From Octopus vulgaris (Eukaryota), in contig OX597816.1 in NCBI GenBank assembly GCA_951406725.2, positions 107,508,001-107,572,000 on the forward strand: 64,000 bases of DNA, written 5' to 3'. The notes beneath the pieces were generated by a model that saw nothing but the letters and a program-made list of their open reading frames with translations, was not told the DNA's origin and made no database searches. Numbering within the stretch: position 1 is the first letter of the stretch; the number at the start of each line of letters is the position of its first letter. The position numbers were made by a program, and so were the translations under genes. Shown here one piece after another: positions 56,373 to 64,000 of the stretch.

Positions 56373-56407
56373 ATTTCACGTTTCGAGCGGAGCTCTTCAT
56401 CAGAAAT
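56373..56407 (-). ncRNA. Minimal hammerhead-like motif with a non-cleavable GUG triplet
   Basis: ATTT-CTGATGA-A-GAGC-TCC-GCTC-GAAAC-GTG-AAAT. Same architecture as 10552-10587 and 17768-17802. Confidence 0.45.
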
Positions 56408-56476
56408 ATAGAAAAAGCCCAAAACAAAGGAAGAGGGAGAAAGAAAATCGTCAACGATACACACGCGGTCACATAT

Positions 56477-56541
<65 letters not shown>

Positions 56542-57269
56542 ATATTATTCCTTCGAAATAATTTTTAACTTCGTTAGGAAAGGAGAGATCATTAATCAAG
56601 GTAGTTTTACTAAGGCTCTATGAATTACTATTGGGGAAAGCTAGAACTACTAATGCATTACCCATAGAGATAATTTAGAAATGATTAAAAACGTATAGAA
56701 AATAATCCTTTAACTTACTTTTTACATAACTTATGCTAATGTCATAATTAACGTCATTTTCAAGATACTCAGGTATTAATGACGTCTTTCTTAAATTATA
56801 TAATTTCATATTATTAATTTAAACCTACACACCACAGATGGTTTTGGTGAAATTTTCTAATTTAATGTGATTTAATGAATATTTTATGAGATTACAGGTA
56901 GAAATTCTTAGAAAGAACAACGTGTTATCGTTTCTAAAATTTACTTAGTTCTTCTGTTCGACTCATGTGGATGATATCTCTTAACGTGTTGAATATTATC
57001 ACCACCTTGTTGACAAAACTGATATTTTTCAGTCGATTAACATAAAAGGAAAGGTTAAATGGCGACACATATATGATCTCCACATGCGCTTTGCAGAGAT
57101 GTTGGAACCAGATCAAACAGAATGTGTGAAGTGTTGTAACGAAGAGGAAGTTTATTTCACTGATGTACAAAAATACACCCCCCAAAAAATTTGAATGACG
57201 TTAATTTTGTTATCCTAGAATGAAAGCCGCAACATCTGAAACTCAAGATTCACACACACACACACACAC

Positions 57270-57311
<42 letters not shown>

Positions 57312-57644
57312 GCGCACACACACACGTACACACACACACGTACACACACACACGCACACACGCACACACACGCACACGCACGCACGCACACGCGCGCACA
57401 CACGCACACACGCACTCACACACACACATATACAAACGCACAATCATACAGTGATGCGTATATGTATATGCATCATTGTGCTTGTTTGTACAGGCTGTTT
57501 CAAACGTCTATATCACATTCAAAGAACTCTTATATCATGAACTTCAAATGGTAGCATGATTGAACTGTTACCATTTTTAAAAGCTAAAAGCGTTAAGTTT
57601 TCTTCTGTTAATTTAATATTAATTTAATTCATTAAATCTAATTT

Positions 57645-58245
57645 TGTTTTTTGTCACTTTTTCAGTTCCAGTAATGTCATTCACAAAATAAGAGAAGTCA
57701 TTTTGCATCCTAGAATACGCTAAAACTGAATCATGGACAAGTGTTCAATTCAAATTTCATACAACGTTTACCAAGCAGGCACCAGACAGACGTTGTGTTT
57801 TTAATTGGCATGCAAAATTTAAGGTGGAGTGGTGTTTGTGCTTGGCAAAGAGAACAGGATGCCTCTTAAATTCAGATGATACGGCTGAACAAGTTCGGCA
57901 AGCCTTCCCGGAACTTTAGCTCGCATCAACAACTGTTTGGCGCGTCTTGAGACGGCTGCAGTTCACACCATACAAGCTGAAATTGGTTCAACAGTTGAAG
58001 GACATTGATAAACCTATTCCACAGGGGCGTCCTGTTCTCTTTGCCGTGTACAAACACCCCTCCTCCTTAAATTTTGCATACCAATTCAAAATGGAACATC
58101 AGTATGGTTCCTGCTTGGTAAACGTTATATGAAATTTGCGTTGAACACGTATCCATGATTCAGTTTTAGCGTATTCTAGGACGCAGAATGACTTCTCATG
58201 TTTTGTGAATGACATTATTGGATCTGAAAAGAGACAAAAAACAAA
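57645..58245. mobile_element. Two convergent 5' fragments of one Tc1/mariner-type transposase (DUF4817-like HTH)
   Basis: + strand from 57674: MSFTK*EKSFCILEYAKTESWTSVQFKFHTTFTKQAPDRRCVFNWHAKFK. - strand from 58215: MSFTKHEKSFCVLEYAKTESWIRVQRKFHITFTKQEP. Confidence 0.8.
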
Positions 58246-58303
58246 GACTGAAACCGGAACCATAAGGTCGGGAAGCAAGCTTCTTACCACACGGCTACTC
58301 CTG

Positions 58304-58391
<88 letters not shown>

Positions 58392-58421
58392 TATATACAT
58401 ATATATATATACATATATATA

Positions 58422-58461
<40 letters not shown>

Positions 58462-58780
58462 TATACACACACGCACACACACACAAACACGCATATACAC
58501 ACACTTTGTTTGGTGAGAGATATGTTCCCCTAATTTGAAACCAATGATAGCGTGGTTAACGCCCAAATAAAGAACATTTACCCACCAGTGTGGTGTTGAA
58601 CACTCATTCTCACTGTTTGATATTAACACTCACCCACATATATGTTCAAATATTTTGGGGACGTATCTAGCTTATGCTGGTCTTTACCATCAGAAAATTT
58701 CTCTCTTTAGGCAATAAGTTTTAAAAACAAAAGTCATTTTAAGGTGTGATTTAGAGGAGCAGTGAATGCATTTCTAACAC

Positions 58781-58903
<123 letters not shown>

Positions 58904-59010
58904 TGTGTGTATGTGTGTGTTAAATAAAATGAGACAACAAACCCTTCCTTTTCGAAAATAACTCCACATAGTGAGCTCTAACATTTCTCTCTATTTAACC
59001 ATCTCACATC

Positions 59011-59058
59011 GTCTCTGATGAAGGGATATCCCTAATATCCCAGAAACAGCTGTAAGAC
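59011..59058 (+). ncRNA. Canonical minimal type I hammerhead ribozyme motif
   Basis: GTCT-CTGATGA-A-GGGATAT-CCCTA-ATATCCC-A-GAAA-C-AGCT-GTA-AGAC. 4-bp stem I, 7-bp stem II, palindromic ACAGCTGT. Bracketed by a 22-bp inverted repeat (58920-58941 and 59105-59126). Confidence 0.85.
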
Positions 59059-59264
59059 TAACTGTTCTTTTATAAATGTTCGGAAAATTCCACACAGCCT
59101 TGGCTTTGTTGTCTCATTTTATTTAATATATACATGCTCATACAAGACCCGCATTAGACTCCTCACTCGCACCATTATCAAACCGACAGTTTAACTACGT
59201 TCCTTTCATATCACTTACATAGTGTTACCTGCCAACTTGGGTCTTCTAGATACCAATACATTTC

Positions 59265-59305
<41 letters not shown>

Positions 59306-60117
59306 CATACATACATACATAGGTATGCGTGTTGTATGTATGCGAGTGTGTGCTTTTTGAGGTTAATTTGATGTATTGCATTAATACATTGAACAGCAAA
59401 TTTACATGTTTTTAATGCAATAGTACATTTTTCTTTGAATGTCGAACTTGGAATGTACTTTTAGGAAATTACAGAGGATCAGGGAAAAAAGGCAAGAAAG
59501 AATTTAATGTAAGTGATAAATTAAGAACTGATGCCTGCCAAGACATGAAATCCAAATTAGGACAATCGAACTGAAATAGTATGGGAGATCAAATGAAATT
59601 ATATCTTGAGAGAATGTGAAATAATACTATTTTTGGTACAGTGTATCTCGAAGTAAACAAAGCTAGAAATAATAGTGTATAAATACTGGGTTAAAAATCC
59701 TTTGAGATACACTGTTCCAGAAGAAAAATATGGAAGGTATTTTCCGTCTGGTAACCGTTTCTACGTTTGACTCAGTATATTCTATTCCAGTATCAGTGAA
59801 TCACTGAAGAATTTACAATAATTTGTTTTCGGCTCTGCAATGAAAAGAAAGCAATCATAAAAGAAAAACAATCAATGGCCGCTTTAGAATAATTTTCTTG
59901 GGATAGATTGGATGTAATAAGGTGATTCAATATATGCTTACATACTTTATTTCAAGATCACAGTGACACAGTTATATTTTAGGCTAATTAGAAGCATCGT
60001 AACGAGGAAATTGAAAGAATATGAAAGCCATATAAGTCGATAATAAAAATGTTTCAAAATATTTCAAAACAACTCTAAATAACATTTTCATTTATATCTA
60101 TACATGACATCATATAT

Positions 60118-60420
60118 GAGGACGCATGGCTTAGTGGTTAAGGTGTTACACTCACAATCGCGAGATCGTGTTTCAATCCATAGACCTGGGTGGTGCGTTG
60201 TGTTCTTGAGCAAAACACTTCATCTCACATTGCTCTGAGATCACTTCGACACCTGATATGTGACACGCAGTGCACTTATTCAACCAGCGTCGATTTGATG
60301 GAAGGAGAGAGAGCTAATATGCGGCACATACCTTTGATCACTATAAACAAATCATATGTGCAGGTCACTCGGCAATATACTGAACACTCATATGTCGTCA
60401 TCGACGGGAGAGACCATGAC
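60118..60420 (+). mobile_element. tRNA-derived SINE (third family)
   Basis: GAGGACGCATGGCTTAGTGGTTAAGGTGT...GTTTCAATCC head, followed by CORE-like GTTCTTGAGCAAAACACTT. Confidence 0.65.
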
Positions 60421-60634
60421 GTCCGCAAACGCGCGTATACATATATACACATATGTGTTATGCACACTCACACGAACATACACATATGTATACACACACA
60501 TACACACATATATGAATATAGATAACTACGGTAACTGTCGAAACCGATCGGTCAGTATAAGGATTTCTCGATCGGTGGTTGGGCGATTACAGTCCTTCTC
60601 AGCATATATTATACAATTATGTGCTTTAACTACA

Positions 60635-60676
<42 letters not shown>

Positions 60677-60851
60677 TTATATTTAATTATATTAAAATTT
60701 TTTTATGTATTGGATTAAGTCTTTCTTTGTTTGATTTGCAAAATAGTGGTTTTGTCTCTAATTAATATTATATAATATTTTACTATAAAATTGGATTCAA
60801 TCCTAAATCTGATTTTTCCCTGTAAATTTGGATTTATTCCCTAATATTTAT

Positions 60852-60883
<32 letters not shown>

Positions 60884-62254
60884 AATCAGAGGGTTATTTG
60901 TAATGCCCGGTCTGAGGGTGACCATTAGTTTCGCACGTATAAAGCGCTTAGCTATATAGGCGACTTGTCTGACTCAAATAGCTGGAGGCAGATAACCTCT
61001 CTACAACTGGAGGGAAGAAAACGTCATGGTTAGTTAATTTTGTAAACAAAGAATTCTCGGAACGAAACTCTGCTGGTGTCGTCTTGGACAAAGAGGAGTT
61101 ACCCCACTTGTATCGGGTCCTGCCGTGACAACAGTGACTGTTTTCGAAATTGGAAAGAATTTCCTAGACTGCAGATGGAAAATTCCATATTTGCAACAGG
61201 AATGTCCTCTGATGAGGGCATTGACTCAACATCTCGGCTTTAGAGCTTAAAAGGCCTCGGGATTTCATCAAATAATCTGCTTACAGATTATTTGATGAAA
61301 AAGAGGTATGTGAAAAAATGTTTTTAAATCTGAAAATCTCATTTGTAAAAAGTGCTAACGAGGCGGGGTGACTGCGCTCATCGCAGCATAGGGAGAAGTC
61401 TTTTCAAGGCAGTAGGGTAAAACCACCCTCTAAAATAACCGGTAATACGATTTTGAACGATGTATCTGTTTTCTGCGTTGACAGGGTTAATGACATCAAT
61501 TCTGGTTTATTCTTGACTCTTGAAATTACCTTCTCTTCTTATTTGGATCGGTTGCAATTGCTGCTAGGCGTTTGTTTGCATTCTTTCAAAGTGAAGATAA
61601 TTTCAATAAATCAAGAATTGATATTGTATAGAACTTCGTATAACTTTCTTTGTCTTTGTTTACCAAGTTGATGCCACTGGCTATGCAGATGTATTTCTCT
61701 TAATTTTTGTTTTAATTGTGGTAAATTTCTCTAAGCCATATTGTCTACTCTTTTTGTATATGGCTATGTCTTATGTTTGGTTGAAGACATGGTGGGATAA
61801 CTGCTGTGCTGCTGACATTATTGAAACTATATGGACTTCATATTACCTCGGGTATGAAGCTCTTTTGAAAAAAAAAATACAACTCCTGATGAATTTATGT
61901 ATTTTAAGTGTCTCTATAATACTAATAATCTTGTAGTTTTGAAAACAATCTCAAAATTTCCGCAGGCGCTGTGACATGGAGAAATATATATTTTATGGTT
62001 ATATTCTTTAGAACATAGTAAATGTATTTATGCTGCTTTATATTTCAAATAAAATTCTACTGCGGTCGACTCTGCTTTCCGTCCTTATAGAAGTCAATAT
62101 AGTAAAGTCCCAGTCAAGTCAAATATGTGAAAATCACGGGCTAAATTCCTTGTTAAATCTTGTTTCGTCACTCTAGGCTTTTAGTTAATATTCTGCTTTA
62201 AGTATTGTTGAGTCTGACTCATGCGAGTCGATAACTGGAGTTCTAGCATCCTAT

Positions 62255-62465
62255 TGGTTTTACATTTTGGCACAAAGCCAGTAGCATTGGGGGAGGAGTA
62301 AGTCGATTACGTCGACTCCAGTGCTCAACTAGTACTTATTTTATCGACTCCGAAAGGAAGAAAGGTAAAGTCGACCTCGGCGGAATTTGAACTCAGAATG
62401 TAAAGCCTGACAAAATGCCGCAAAACATTTTACCCGGCATGCTAACGATTCCGCCAGCTCGCCTC
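62255..62465 (-). mobile_element. SINE family A
   Basis: Reverse complement of the 43205 family. Confidence 0.8.
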
Positions 62466-63169
62466 CTTGAAGTTCTAGTACCATACTGGATGTTGCTTCG
62501 GTCAATTGAAACAACCATTCCTAAGATGTCTTTTGTTACTTAAACCTTGTGTTGGTTGCCTGATAACAATTTGCTTCGTTTGAAGCTTCATTCCTCTTAC
62601 AATGATTAAGGGTAATTTCTTACTGTTACTTCTGTTGTCATATATAATACATTTTGTTCTTCACAAATTTTCTGCTCTGACATCCGAAGTAAATGGAAGA
62701 AATGAGACTTATTCCTAAAACTCCAACCATGTCACATTGTATTATACTGGTTCTTGTTGCGGATTTCGTTTCAGATATAGAATACTCAGCTACTTACACT
62801 ATAATTCTATGAATAAACTGTTCTGTTGATTGAACAACTGAAATACTCATTCCCGATGCCGAATGAAATCCATTTCCTGAGAGACAACTAAAGCGATCAT
62901 ACCCCTCTTCTAAAATGTGCTATGCTAGAGAGAAATAATTCATATGAAAAGAAATCAATAAATAAAACAAAGGAAATTTAAAACTAATCCTAAGTTTTAA
63001 AAGGCATTAAAACTATCTTTGAATAGTTAACTTGTGTCTTTCAAGCTGAAATCATTTTAGTTTATGTATACATTCTCAGATCAAGAGACTTGCTACGCGA
63101 GTACATCTCCGTAAAATATACGTATTAATTACAATACAGCCATCAGTCACTAGCTAGCAAGCACAGTTT

Positions 63170-63405
63170 CTGGCAGGCATATACATCCTTGGCCCAGCCA
63201 CACATCAAGTATCCGATAGCTGGAGGGAGAGAGGGCAGAACTCACAGTCGCTGGTTATGGCTGCTCATTTACAGCTGAATTGATTGTAGTTAATTGAAGC
63301 CAAGTGCCTTGGTCAAGGACACAACACGCTACTCGATCCAGGAATTGAACCCACGATCTTATAACCATGAACCGAATACGCTAAGCCACTAGTTCACGCG
63401 CTTTG
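63170..63405 (-). mobile_element. tRNA-derived CORE-like SINE (diverged)
   Basis: Minus strand AGTGGCTTAGCGTATTCGG...GGGTTCAATTCCTGG...GTGTCCTTGACCAAGGCACTT. Confidence 0.6.
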
Positions 63406-63794
63406 CGTTATTATTGATAATGATAATTTATAGGTAAAAATTTTCACAGACATCTTTCTGATAATTTAAATGTGTTTTATACAGCGCTTGTGAGAAAAAT
63501 GTTTACTCAGTTCAGTGATTTAAATTTTAATTCACCATTTCTGAGTTTCTTGAAAAAGCAGCCAAATTTTTCACATACCATACACACTAATCTAAAGAAT
63601 GGAAGGATACATTAAATAAAAAAGAAAAAAAGATGTAATATTCTGAAAAGAAAATAATTATAAAAATATGTATTCCGAAAAAAAAAAAGAACTGAGAAAA
63701 AGTTTCAAAGCTGTAAAATGATTTAAAGTACGTAAATATTTAAAATAAATGCATGCAATTGGATGTGTATAATTTTAATATTAGTTTCAAATAG

Positions 63795-63980
63795 CATGCG
63801 AGCTGACAGAGTCGTTAGCACACCGGGCAAAATGCTTAGCGACATTCCGCCGAGCTCGACTTTGCCTTTCATCCTCTTGGGGTCGATAAAATAAGTACAA
63901 GTTGAACACTGGGGTCGATGTAATCAACTTGCCAACTTCCCGAACTTACTAGCCCCGGCGCCAAAATTTGAAATCAATAT
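63795..63980 (+). mobile_element. SINE family A with an internal deletion
   Basis: GCGAGCTGACAGAGTCGTTAGCACACCGGGC...CGACTTTGCCTTTCATCC...GGGGTCGATGTAATC. Confidence 0.75.
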
Positions 63981-64000
63981 TTGTTTCAAATAAACTTCGA

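Overview
AT-rich, microsatellite-dense eukaryotic genomic DNA. The SINE families and repeat landscape point to an octopus (inference). Nearly all ORFs in the supplied track are microsatellite or repeat artefacts. The one host gene I can support is a + strand aquaglyceroporin (AQP3/7/9/10/GlpF type). Four GT-AG exons (34171-34282, 34913-35050, 44202-44314, 49784-49998) splice in frame at the intron positions of vertebrate AQP3. A candidate TM1 exon ends at 33942, and the last exon was not found. The channel is unusual: the first motif is NPV, the second is NPAID, and the ar/R filter aligns as A/I/C/I, with no aromatic residue and no arginine. The second theme is a set of type I hammerhead ribozyme motifs with palindromic stem III inside non-coding, (TA)n-flanked fold-back or tandem elements. 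These look like Penelope pseudo-LTRs or retrozymes and include a U3-A8 covariant core and a sense-strand tandem pair inside an aquaporin intron. The rest is decayed transposable elements: Penelope GIY-YIG, Gypsy LTR/gag, R4/Dong and CR1/L2 LINEs, mariner/maT/Tc1, Helitrons, a Kolobok-like MITE and tRNA/CORE SINEs. All alignments and folds were done by eye.
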